A stretch of 63,805 bases of DNA, counting the filler, from Octopus bimaculoides (taxonomy: Eukaryota), in assembly GCF_001194135.2 (NCBI RefSeq). It is 7 parts of 6 records of this genome, joined end to end, with 100 filler letters (N's around TTAATTAATTAA, not from the genome) between each part and the next. Parts side by side here need not be neighbours in the genome. Positions count along the whole stretch, not along the records: positions 49,540 to 57,400 come from NW_026369462.1; positions 57,501 to 61,298 come from NW_026309998.1; positions 61,399 to 63,805 come from NC_069002.1; 4 more parts are not named here. One strand, given 5' to 3'. The translations under genes and the position numbers were made by a program. Under the pieces are notes generated by a model, which worked only from the letters and a program-made list of their open reading frames with translations, did no database searches and was not told the DNA's origin. Position 1 is the stretch's first letter. Every line of letters begins with the position of its first letter. Of this stretch, positions 52,839 through 63,805 are shown one piece after another.

Positions 52839-53829
52839 NNNNNNNNNNNNNNNNNNNNNNNNNNNNNNNNNNNNNNNNNNNNNNNNNNNNNNNNNNNNNN
52901 NNNNNNNNNNNNNNNNNNNNNNNNNNNNNNNNNNNNNNNNNNNNNNNNNNNNNNNNNNNNNNNNNNNNNNNNNNNNNNNNNNNNNNNNNNNNNNNNNNNN
53001 NNNNNNNNNNNNNNNNNNNNNNNNNNNNNNNNNNNNNNNNNNNNNNNNNNNNNNNNNNNNNNNNNNNNNNNNNNNNNNNNNNNNNNNNNNNNNNNNNNNN
53101 NNNNNNNNNNNNNNNNNNNNNNNNNNNNNNNNNNNNNNNNNNNNNNNNNNNNNNNNNNNNNNNNNNNNNNNNNNNNNNNNNNNNNNNNNNNNNNNNNNNN
53201 NNTATATGTGTGTGTGTATATATATACACACACATACAATATGTATATGCATATGTGTGTGTGCACGTGTATGTGTGAGTGTGTGCGAGTGTATGTGTAT
53301 GTCCATATGAAATTCGCCACCGTCACACACATGGTTATCCCCCTTCAATCTACTCCATATTTCCATCTTTTCTTATCGCTTCCATCGCCAAAGGCTTCTT
53401 TAGTTTTTATCTTCTGTTTCATTTATTTGTTTTATTCTTCCTTACTTTGTCATGACTTCAACACATCCGCATCTTCCTCATTCGTTCTTATCATATTTTA
53501 CAATGTCAATCACAACATGTTTTCCCATTCACTTCTTCATCTCTTCTTTTTCCTCCATCTGCATCTTTTATCAAAGTTATCTTGGAAATCTATATTATAT
53601 TTTTATCTCATTCGCTATCATTTTCTCATTTAAGCCTCATTCTTTTTACTAAAGTACATGCACGTTATCATTTGTCCCATTTTTCTCACTTCATAAATTT
53701 CGAAATATTATATGTTACAAAGTATTTATTCATACCAGAACGATTGTAACATGTATGTATGTATGTATGTATGTATGTATGTATGTATGTATGTATGTAT
53801 GTATGTATGTACGTATGTGCTGAAATTGC

Positions 53830-53960
53830 AAGGATCTCGACTGAGGAAAGAAAACTCCGAATGACCTGTCCTTGTTTCCTTGTATCGTCTATCTGGATGT
53901 TTTGTCCCTTTCTTGTATCACCTAACTGTCTGGATGTTTTGCGTCCTTGTCCCATTCTGT
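53830..53960 (+). repeat. Unclassified interspersed repeat, second copy
   Basis: See 11425-11575. Confidence 0.75.
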
Positions 53961-54595
53961 ATTATTTATACATATATACATATATATATAGCGGCGTGCA
54001 TACACCTTGTCTCTTATATGTGTATATACCTGCATACATAAACTGCTTGGGTTTACTGTACAAAAAACGTATGTGCACACATATATACACGTATATGCGT
54101 GAGCACGGCCCAAAATGATGATTTTATTAAATGCTAATTTTCACATATATCACTGTTCCTTTGACGTATTGCAGCAGCAGTTTCCTACGTCCTCCGTTAG
54201 CCTGCCATATATCAACTCACTACAACCTCCATTACTATCTTCCCAGTGGCTATGCTTCTATCCTTCTATAATCACTCATCTATTATGTCTGATCAATTCT
54301 AGGTGTCATTCATCCCCGTTTTTCTTGATTCCTTAACTCTTTAACCTTTTATTAAAAGACTCCTTTTTGAACATGTCCTTTAATTAATTGATCGGCTTAT
54401 TTAATTTTCTTTCTTCGAGGTGTACTAATTAAATTCCCTCAACTTTTATCAATATTCGTAATTGGTCATTAATCTTGGTGTTTTGCCCGCGATGCGTGTA
54501 TATATGTGTGCCTGTGTGCTTGTATGTGCGTGTGTGTGTGTGTGTGTGTATGTGTGTTTGTGTGTCAAACTGTCCATTGCTCTATCTGTCAGTTA

Positions 54596-54640
<45 letters not shown>

Positions 54641-54644
54641 ATCT

Positions 54645-54685
<41 letters not shown>

Positions 54686-54688
54686 TCT

Positions 54689-54719
<31 letters not shown>

Positions 54720-54815
54720 ATCATCTATCTATTTATCTATCTATATAACGTTCTATTTATCTATCTATCTATATACCTGTCTGTCTGTCTGTCTCTCTGT
54801 ATACACACGCACACG

Positions 54816-54867
<52 letters not shown>

Positions 54868-55411
54868 AACCTGTTGTGCATCTATACATATAGCTATACA
54901 AATATGTGCATATATGCATATAGCTACACAAATGTGTGCATCTCTATATGTATATGTATGTACGCATGTAAATATATATATATATCTATATATACATAGA
55001 CACAATTCTCTTTATCTTTATATGTTTGTGCTTGTGTGCATACGTGTGCATGTGTATGTATGTATGTATGTATGTTTGTTTAAATCAACAATGGCTGGTT
55101 ATATTGGTGCATTCCAACAGCCAAATATTCTGGCTTTTCGGAAGATATATTATTCTGTTCATCTGCGTAAATTCATCGTATTCTTGAAGTGGTGCCATAA
55201 CCTTCGACTACCAATAGATAATCAGATCAATAATGAAAATGATTAGAGGCCTGTTCTTATAATGGATGCAATAATGAAATGCTCGTCACGTGGGACAACG
55301 GAATTTTGTCTGTGTTCGTATTGATATTTGTGTATGCGTGAGTACACGTGTGTGTTTATGTGTGTGCGCGCGCGCGCGTGTATGTGTGTAAGTGTGTGCA
55401 TGTGTGTGTAC

Positions 55412-55444
<33 letters not shown>

Positions 55445-55545
55445 TATGGTGGTTATTATGTGTCTTGATGTAAGAGTTGTAGATGCTATACGAACGTACG
55501 TATAGACAAGCGTACATACATACATATTTGTACGCATACACCAGG

Positions 55546-55582
<37 letters not shown>

Positions 55583-56032
55583 GGAGGGTGAAGAGGAAGA
55601 GAGAAGGACAATCAAACAATCGGACAATCGGACAATTGAAGATTCGGACATTCGGACATATGCACTGTATAAATGACTGCGCAATGCAAGCATAAACATT
55701 GTTATTAATATACCAAATATATGTATTTGTGTGTGTGTGTGTGTGTGTNNNNNNNNNNNNNNNNNNNNNNNNNNNNNNNNNNNNNNNNNNNNNNNNNNNN
55801 NNNNNNNNNNNNNNNNNNNNNNNNNNNNNNNNNNNNNNNNNNNNNNNNNNNNNNNNNNNNNNNNNNNNNNNNNNNNNNNNNNNNNNNNNNNNNNNNNNNN
55901 NNNNNNNNNNNNNNNNNNNNNNNNNNNNNNNNNNNNNNNNNNNNNNNNNNNNNNNNNNNNNNNNNNNNNNNNNNNNNNNNNNNNNNNNNNNNNNNNNNNN
56001 NNNNNNNNNNNNNNNNNNNNNNNNNNNNNAAA

Positions 56033-56072
56033 ACTGTCCGATGAACGGGAACGTGAAACTCGGAGTAACAGT
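56033..56072 (+). ncRNA. Minimal type I hammerhead ribozyme-like motif (U4C core variant)
   Basis: actgt-CCGATGA-acg[ggaa]cgt-GAAA-ctc[g]gag-T-A-acagt: stems I, II and III all pair, and the GUA cleavage triplet falls at 56065-56067. Confidence 0.65.
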
Positions 56073-56175
56073 CTTTTGTTATATTTCTGCTGCTTTTAAA
56101 TAAAGCATATTACTCTACCTCTGGTATTTGAGTACTCTTTTTTCCACCTTGTTGCACATTTTATGTGCTTACTCC

Positions 56176-56219
<44 letters not shown>

Positions 56220-56316
56220 AATATATGATATATATGTACTTACACACATGCGCATATACATTTGTAGTATATATTTATATAAATATAAAAGAAAAACTCT
56301 TGCTTTGTTCTTTCAG

Positions 56317-56429
56317 GATTAGTGAATTCCTTAAGATGTTGGCGTTGTATCGCAGACAACTGTGGGTCTGACCCCTCGAGCCACCCTCACGCCAGTAAGG
56401 AGCATTGTCAGTTAGGACGTTACTGTCAG
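56317..56429 (+). CDS. Internal exon encoding the N-terminal half of a Ly6/uPAR (three-finger, quiver/sleepless-like) domain
   Basis: Strong acceptor (ttgctttgttctttcag|) and donor (CAG|gtgagt). 113 nt, phase 1 to phase 0, only one frame open: (G)LVNSLRCWRCIADNCGSDPSSHPHASKEHCQLGRYCQ. The C-x2-C-x4-C-x14-C-x5-C spacing after a signal-cleavage-like VNS|L matches LU-domain N-termini. Other exons not securely found. Confidence 0.75.
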
Positions 56430-56769
56430 GTGAGTTGAATCAATTGAATACATTTATTAGTATGTCGTTGTTGTTGTTGTAGTAGTTGTCATGCGTTTTT
56501 TTTTCGTTTAGCCCAAGGTCAGTTTCGGTTGAGCAAACATAGGAACACTCTCGGTTCTATCATACTTTCTATAGTGACATACATGGTTGACTTGTATGCT
56601 GTACAAAGTTATAATCCGAGCATGATGCTTCTCCACTGCCTGGTCTCTATTTAGTTGAAGGCCGCACTTCACTAACGTCTTGTGGTTAATTGTATAGGAA
56701 GCAGTGCTGATGTTAGGGCCTGCTTTTATCTCTCTGTCCAGTTCCATTTTTGTTGCTATTGTTGTTGTT

Positions 56770-56905
56770 TATATCTATACTGGATTATGTAAAGGTGAAT
56801 TTAAAAATCGTTATGCCGATCACATAGTCCCCTTCCGACATGGTGACAAAAGTAAAGCTACTAAGCTGGCTAGCTATGTATGGAGTTTGAAAGATAATGA
56901 AATAC
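56770..56905 (+). mobile_element. Penelope-like element GIY-YIG endonuclease remnant
   Basis: IYTGLCKGEFKNRYADHIVPFRHGDKSKATKLASYVWSLKDNEI. Confidence 0.85.
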
Positions 56906-57095
56906 TAAGACAGGTGTACAAACAACATGCAAGTGTATTAGTTTGACACTCGGGAAGATGAGAAAATCTTCTACGTTTCGAGCCTACGCTCTTCAACAGA
57001 AAAGAACACGAGGAAATAAACAAAGACAGAATAAAAAGACAAAGAGAATAAAATAGAGAGAGAATAAAAAAAGCTTGTGGATTTAGCGGTCAATT
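56905..57095 (-). repeat. Penelope-associated terminal repeat, second copy
   Basis: See 40830-40990. Confidence 0.75.
56968..57003 (-). ncRNA. Second copy of the non-canonical hammerhead-like fold
   Basis: Minus strand tttt-CTGTTGA-a-gagc[gtag]gctc-GAAA-cgt-A-gaag. Confidence 0.4.
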
Positions 57096-58838
57096 AAAGG
57101 GAAAATAGTAGGTGTAGACAAACTTTAATTGATAATCCAGGTTGATACAGAACCAATATACATTCTCTAAGACAAAAACGAAAAACTCTTCATGAATTGA
57201 AAGTTAGTGGAGGAGAAGAGCCATGCAAGGAACGTGAAGAGAGCACAGCATAAAGACGGAACATCACGGTGGTGCTCCAGCATGACCACAGCCACTTGGC
57301 TGAAACCCATAAATAAATATATATATATTTATCTATATATATATATTTATGTTTATATATTTATTTATATATATATACATATATTTTGACCCGGTAGACT
57401 NNNNNNNNNNNNNNNNNNNNNNNNNNNNNNNNNNNNNNNNNNNNTTAATTAATTAANNNNNNNNNNNNNNNNNNNNNNNNNNNNNNNNNNNNNNNNNNNN
57501 TATATATGCATATACATATATACGAAAACTTACAAAGTATCAATACATGCATGCATCTATATGTGATAGTTGAAGATATCGCAAAAAGAATAAGTCTGTG
57601 CTGCGAATGAGAGCAAAATAAAGTTCCCGAAATTCATATATATATATATGTATATATATGCATGTATATATATTCGTATATATATATATATATACGACCA
57701 TAATATAGTAAAAGACACCGCGAGGGTTGTAAACTTTATCGAACACATATGCATAATTTATGCACTTTTCTTGTTTGTCGGTCGGATAAGAATTGATGCG
57801 GATGAGACTCTCACGAAGCGCCGGTTTTTAAAGGACCTGAAAGTCATTGTCATATACAGGTGACATAAACTGAAGCCAATTCATAAATAGCGAAACATCG
57901 ATGTTCGTCGCTCCTGGATGTCTCGCCTGTATATGACTATGAGTTTCAGTTATTTTAATACCCGGCTCTTTGTAAAAGTCCTCTCCTCTGCGTTAAATCG
58001 CAGCCGACTGCAGAACAAGCAAATCAGATACACTGTGCATGTGCGTTCGTTAGTATATATATATATATNNNNNNNNNNNNNNNNNNNNNNNNNNNNNNNN
58101 NNNNNNNNNNNNNNNNNNNNNNNNNNNNNNNNNNNNNNNNNNNNNNNNNNNNNNNNNNNNNNNNNNNNNNNNNNNNNNNNNNNNNNNNNNNNNNNNNNNN
58201 NNNNNNNNNNNNNNNNNNNNNNNNNNNNNNNNNNNNNNNNNNNNNNNNNNNNNNNNNNNNNNNNNNNNNNNNNNNNNNNNNNNNNNNNNNNNNNNNNNNN
58301 NNNNNNNNNNNNNNNNNNNNNNNNNNNNNNNNNNNNNNNNNNNNNNNNNNNNNNNNNNNNNNNNNNNNNNNNNNNNNNNNNNNNNNNNNNNNNNNNNNNN
58401 NNNNNNNNNNNNNNNNNNNNNNNNNNNNNNNNNNNNNNNNNNNNNNNNNNNNNNNNNNNNNNNNNNNNNNNNNNNNNNNNNNNNNNNNNNNNNNNNNNNN
58501 NNNNNNNNNNNNNNNNNNNNNNNNNNNNNNNNNNNNNNNNNNNNNNNNNNNNNNNNNNNNNNNNNNNNNNNNNNNNNNNNNNNNNNNNNNNNNNNNNNNN
58601 NNNNNNNNNNNNNNNNNNNNNNNNNNNNNNNNNNNNNNNNNNNNNNNNNNNNNNNNNNNNNNNNNNNNNNNNNNNNNNNNNNNNNNNNNNNNNNNNNNNN
58701 NNNNNNNNNNNNNNNNNNNNNNNNNNNNNNNNNNNNNNNNNNNNNNNNNNNNNNNNNNNNNNNNNNNNNNNNNNNNNNNNNNNNNNNNNNNNNNNNNNNN
58801 NNNNNNNNNNNNNNNNNNNNNNNNNNNNNNNNNNNNNN

Positions 58839-58878
<40 letters not shown>

Positions 58879-59410
58879 CAGACAGAGACAGATAGATAAA
58901 AACCAAAAAAGAATACACAAATGGTTTATGGTTCACTACGGCTGTTTCAGAAGCGTTTTGTTATTGATGAATGAAGTGATTACTTCATGGAAGTAAAAAA
59001 AAGACGTTTGCCTCAAGTGAGTCATACCTGTATACGAATATGTTGGGAGATATCCGTACATACATTGGTCTGTGCGTCACTGTCCGTATACGATGTATAC
59101 ACGGCGGTGCTAATGACGACGGTAATTTGGTATAGATGAGAATCAGATATTCTTCGTATAGAATACAATTAGCAGTGCTCAAGGAGTTTAAACTTAAGCA
59201 GGTAGAGGAGTAAATGTAAGGATAAGTAATTTAGGCAGGTCGATATATAAATAATATTGAATACATTAAATACAAACTAGAATTAATTTTAATATCATAT
59301 AAACAGACAGGGAGAGAGAGAGAGACAGAGATAGACAGATAAATAAATAGGTAGATACACACATACACACATACTTACATACATATGTACGCATATAAAT
59401 ATAAATGTAT

Positions 59411-59570
59411 AGGCTCAGGAGTGGCTGTGTGGCAGGTAGCTTGCTTACCAACCACATGGTTCCGGGTTCAGTCCCACTGCGTGGCACCTTGGGCAAGTGT
59501 CTTCTATAGCCTCAGACCGACAAATGTTTTGAATGTGGATTCGGTAGACGGAAACTGAAAGAAGCCCGTC

Positions 59571-59645
<75 letters not shown>

Positions 59646-59825
59646 TCCCCCCACCATCGACTGACAACTGATGGTGGTCTGTTTACGTCTCTGTGACTTA
59701 ACGGTTCGGCGAAAGTGACCGGTAGAATAAGTACCAGGCTTACAAAGAATAAGTCTTGGGGTTGATTTACTCGAGTAAAGGTGGTGCTCGAACAAGACCG
59801 CAGTCAAATGACAAACATATAAAAG
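59411..59825 (+). mobile_element. SINE family B, full copy
   Basis: Head, central (TA)(TG)n, 3' half and taaaag tail. Confidence 0.9.
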
Positions 59826-60161
59826 AATAAATGAATATATATATATATATATAAATCTGTTCCTTACAAGCCTCTAACATGCTAGATTTGCATCAAAATA
59901 ATGATATAAAAGAAAAGAAGCCTTATACGAAATCTCAGGAACATCACTAAAATCCTCATGTGTGTATGTGTTAGTGTCTGTGTGTATGTAGCCACAAGCA
60001 CACATTACGTACACACATAGTGCTATTTGCTGCAAATTTGAACGTTCACGTATGAGGATCGCAATGGCATGAAACTAATAGAATTAGTACAAAAACCATC
60101 ACATAAGTTTTCCGCGAACTTACTTCTTCCACCGCCCAAATGTTTCGTTTAATATCTCTCA

Positions 60162-60350
60162 AGGCGGCAAGCTGGCAGACACATTAGCACGCCGGGCGAA
60201 ATGCCTAGCGGTATTTCGTCTGTCCTTACGTTCTGGTTTCAAATTCGGCCTAGGTCGACTTTGCCATTCATCCTTTCGGGGTCGATAAATTAAGTACCAG
60301 TTGCGTTCTGGGATTGATCTAATCGACTGGCCCCTTCTCCCAAAATTTCG
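60162..60350 (+). mobile_element. SINE family C
   Basis: Matches 1231-1400. Confidence 0.85.
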
Positions 60351-60475
60351 GGCCTGCTACCTAAGTAGAAAAGAAACCCCCCTCTCTCTATATATATCTA
60401 TCTTTCTATCTATCTATCTATCTGTAAAATGCATATATATCTATATATCTATCTATATATATATATAACATAATA

Positions 60476-60830
60476 ATCATCATAAATATACAGGGATACA
60501 ATCGTTTCATGGTTAAGAGAATGAAAAATCCCTATTCCAAAATCATCAGTCCGATATTCTGATAAATTTGAAAGTGTCTCTAAAAAATGATGATTTTGGA
60601 ATAGGGATTTTTCATTCTCTTAACCATGAAACGATCGTATCCGATTAACTAAAGACTTGTTTTGTTTATGCTTTCCCCTCCGGTTTTCTGTTCTATGTGT
60701 GCCACAAATATCGCCATCCATTTAGAGAAAAATTTGTAGTTTAGAATCAGTAGTTCTTTGACTGCTATTTCTAAATTTTCAGTATGTTGGAGAAGCAACT
60801 CAATGCTAATCCCTGTATATTTATGATGAT
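60476..60830. repeat. Split inverted repeat
   Basis: 60494-60548 pairs with 60588-60642 (1 mismatch); 60476-60497 pairs with 60809-60830 (perfect). Confidence 0.95.
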
Positions 60831-61524
60831 AAATGGTTTTACCGATAAAGGTTTTTTCATACTGAACTACTTGGCAAAATTGTTAATTATTAATTCTATT
60901 ATTAATTGACGATTCCCTGCCCTTATTCTTATATATATATATAACATAGATAGATAAAAAAGATATATTTCTGCATACAAACTCATACATACATATTTTC
61001 ACTTAACAAGAATAAGGACAGTAACTTCGAAGTTGATCTCTATATCACTGTTGAGATAACAATTGCCGTGAGTTGGTGAGAAGTTATACACAAATGCACC
61101 ACGGTGGGATGATAGTTTCGCTGCTCGAAGCTTCGATGTCACTTTCAATACTATTTTTGCTAAACAATAATTTGTACTCTATAAAAGATTCATATAAAGT
61201 GGGTTTTATTATAAAGGAAAAATAAAAACATTACTGAATGTCTATAAATACACACGATATATATGTATATATATATATTTATATGTATATATATATATNN
61301 NNNNNNNNNNNNNNNNNNNNNNNNNNNNNNNNNNNNNNNNNNTTAATTAATTAANNNNNNNNNNNNNNNNNNNNNNNNNNNNNNNNNNNNNNNNNNNNTA
61401 CGTTTCGAGCCTACACCCATCGACAAAAAGGATTAAGAGGTAAGAAACGGAGAGAGAGAAAATGTGCAGATTCAACGGTCCAATACGGCGAGATGACTAG
61501 AAAGAAGAGGCTGAGTGAAAGTGA

Positions 61525-61597
<73 letters not shown>

Positions 61598-62047
61598 GTA
61601 ATAACGGTAATGGTGGCTGCCAACGAACTGCAGTGTGCAAGCGTGTGTGTGTTTGTGAGAATGGTGTGTGTGAGTGTGCATGTGAGAATGGGGTGAGTGT
61701 GTGTGTGCGTATAAACGTGTATATAAGTGTGAGTTTGCATATGGATGTGTGCATATATGTATGGGACTGACGCGTGTGTGTGTGTGTGTGTGTGTAAGCG
61801 CGTGTGTGTGTGTGTGTGTAAGCGCGTGTGTGTGTAAGCGTGTGTGCGTGTGTGTGTGTAAGCGCGTGTGTCTGTGTACGTATACATATATACATACATA
61901 CGTGTCATTTAAAGTTGGAGTGATTTTTTTGTTAATCGCACCTTAACAGAACAGTAAACTGTGTGTGCGTGCATGTATACACGTATGCATATATGTATGC
62001 ATATATGTATGCGTGCAGGAATATAAATATTTATGTATGTATATATG

Positions 62048-62091
<44 letters not shown>

Positions 62092-62121
62092 CAGATATAT
62101 ATATAGGAGTGGATGTATGAG

Positions 62122-62600
62122 TGACGCAGAGGTGGCTGTGTGGTAAGAAGCTTGCTTCCCAGCCACGTGGTTTCGGGTTCAGTCCCACTGCGTGGCACCT
62201 TGGACAAGTGTCTCCTACTATAGCCTCGGACCGACCTAAGCTCNNNNNNNNNNTGGACAAGTGTCTCCTACTATAGCCTCGGACCGACCTAAGCTCTGTG
62301 AGTGGATTTGGCAGATGGAAACTGAAAGAATCCCGTCGTGTACGTGTGTGTGTGTTTGTGTGTGTGCGTATTTGTGAGTTTTTTGTGTCTGTGTTTACCC
62401 ACCCCCACCACCACCATCGCTTGACAATTGATGTTGTTGTGTTTACGTCCCAGTGAAATAGCGGTTCGACAAAAAAAGACCAATAGAATAAGCACTGGGC
62501 TTATAAAGAATAAGTCCTGCGGTCGATTTGTTCGACTAAAGGCGGTGCTCCATCATGGGCGCAATCAAATGACAGAAACAAGTAAAAGAATAAAAGAATA
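62122..62600 (+). mobile_element. SINE family B, full copy spanning a 10-N gap
   Basis: Head to (taaaagaa)n tail. Confidence 0.85.
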
Positions 62601-62815
62601 AAAGAATATATATATATATATATATATAATGTTTATTCCAGAGTAGTTAAATACGTATGTGTATATGTGTGTGTGTATCTGTATGTGTGTGCATGTATGT
62701 ATATGTGTGTGCGTGTGTGTGTGTGTGTGTGAATGTGTGTGTGTACATATACCTATATATCTCAATAGATATTGTAAATACATATATACATACATAAGTA
62801 CCTATCTGTTTTTGC

Positions 62816-62860
<45 letters not shown>

Positions 62861-63152
62861 ACGAAAGAAATTGAGTATGAGAAAAAACAAACATCTAAAG
62901 TTTCAAAACTTTAATCTGAACATAAAAAAATGTATTTATCTTCATAGCTTCCTTTTTTCCCCACTCTTTTATTTATTGTTGTTTGTTTTCTTGTTATTGC
63001 AAAATATTGAGAGCAACACAACCACTACCAACTAATGCATTTCTCGGTTTTCAATGATGTTTTCTATTTGTTCAAATACTATCGGACTGTCTGCTATATT
63101 TTGTAAAGCTGAGTGATGTCCATACATAAACCAGAGTACTTTGTATACATAG

Positions 63153-63229
63153 ACAACTCTGCGCCTGGGAGTGTAGCTGCAGCTCACCACCTCTTCTTCA
63201 GCTGTTTTACCGTTTTATTATCGTTCTGA
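63153..63229 (+). CDS. Candidate terminal exon with a GPI-anchor-signal-like peptide, possibly the end of the Ly6 gene
   Basis: Acceptor ctttgtatacatag|. Phase-1 reading xNSAPGSVAAAHHLFFSCFTVLLSF* has small residues, a spacer and a hydrophobic tail, and is locally GC-richer. The linking Cys-rich exon is not seen. Confidence 0.3.
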
Positions 63230-63536
63230 ATATTTTTGCATAAATATCTCTGCGTGCACGAGTGGGTATGCCTGAATATAGAAACGCGCGCACACACGCA
63301 CGCACACAAACACATCCACACTCACATATATATATAAATACACATATATATATACATACACATATGTATGTATATTAGTAAATATATTAATAAATATGCA
63401 TACATACTTACGCATGTTTATATATGTGCATACAGAGGATTCTATCTATATCACACTAATATACATGTGTGTGTGTGTATGTGAGTGTGTATGTGTGTGT
63501 GTGTATGTGAGTGTGTATGTGTGTGTGTGTATGTGT

Positions 63537-63625
<89 letters not shown>

Positions 63626-63763
63626 TAATACCATTTTGCCCTACTGTAAGACCCCGCAGTAGGAACAATAATCGTGTACACGTCATATAAATATACACAT
63701 GTATGCTTGTGTGTGTGAAAGCACATATTGAAAAGTTTTCTTCCTGAAATATATTCATATACA

Positions 63764-63805
<42 letters not shown>

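Noticed and set aside
53836-53866. CTGAGGA...CGAATGAC as another hammerhead
   Set aside because: The first box is canonical, but stems I and III and the GAAA box could not be built.
55279-55337. MLVTWDNGILSVFVLIFVY|gtgagt as the Ly6 signal exon
   Set aside because: The donor is phase 2 but the Ly6 exon needs phase 1.
56075-56176. Hydrophobic readings (LSTLFSTLLHILCAYS G|gtatat) as the Ly6 signal-peptide exon
   Set aside because: No in-frame ATG or good acceptor, and the stretch belongs to the hammerhead-bearing repeat.
62201-62296. Exact 43-bp direct repeat across a 10-N gap
   Set aside because: Typical unmerged contig overlap.

Overview
AT-rich, gap-riddled, microsatellite-saturated animal DNA with no long ORF. 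The SINE and LINE families look like those of octopod cephalopods (recalled from sequence appearance, not searched). Most of the window is mobile-element debris: three tRNA-headed SINE families, RTE and R4/Dong-like non-LTR fragments, Ty3/Gypsy fragments, mariner remnants, Penelope-like GIY-YIG remnants and a TTAA-flanked MITE. The best host-gene signal is one cleanly spliced + strand exon (56317-56429) encoding the first half of a Ly6/uPAR three-finger domain, with a possible GPI-signal exon at 63153-63229. A weaker chain of phase-compatible - strand exons lies at 17.7-19.8 kb. The main unexplained structures are a set of minimal hammerhead-ribozyme-like folds tied to the Penelope remnants (best at 56033-56072), a stray 28S rRNA fragment, three long fold-back inverted repeats, and a SINE whose four flank-resolvable copies all have exactly 12-bp target-site duplications. 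Nearly all ORFs in the supplied track are microsatellite, N-gap or antisense artefacts. Exon calls are by eye and need transcript support.
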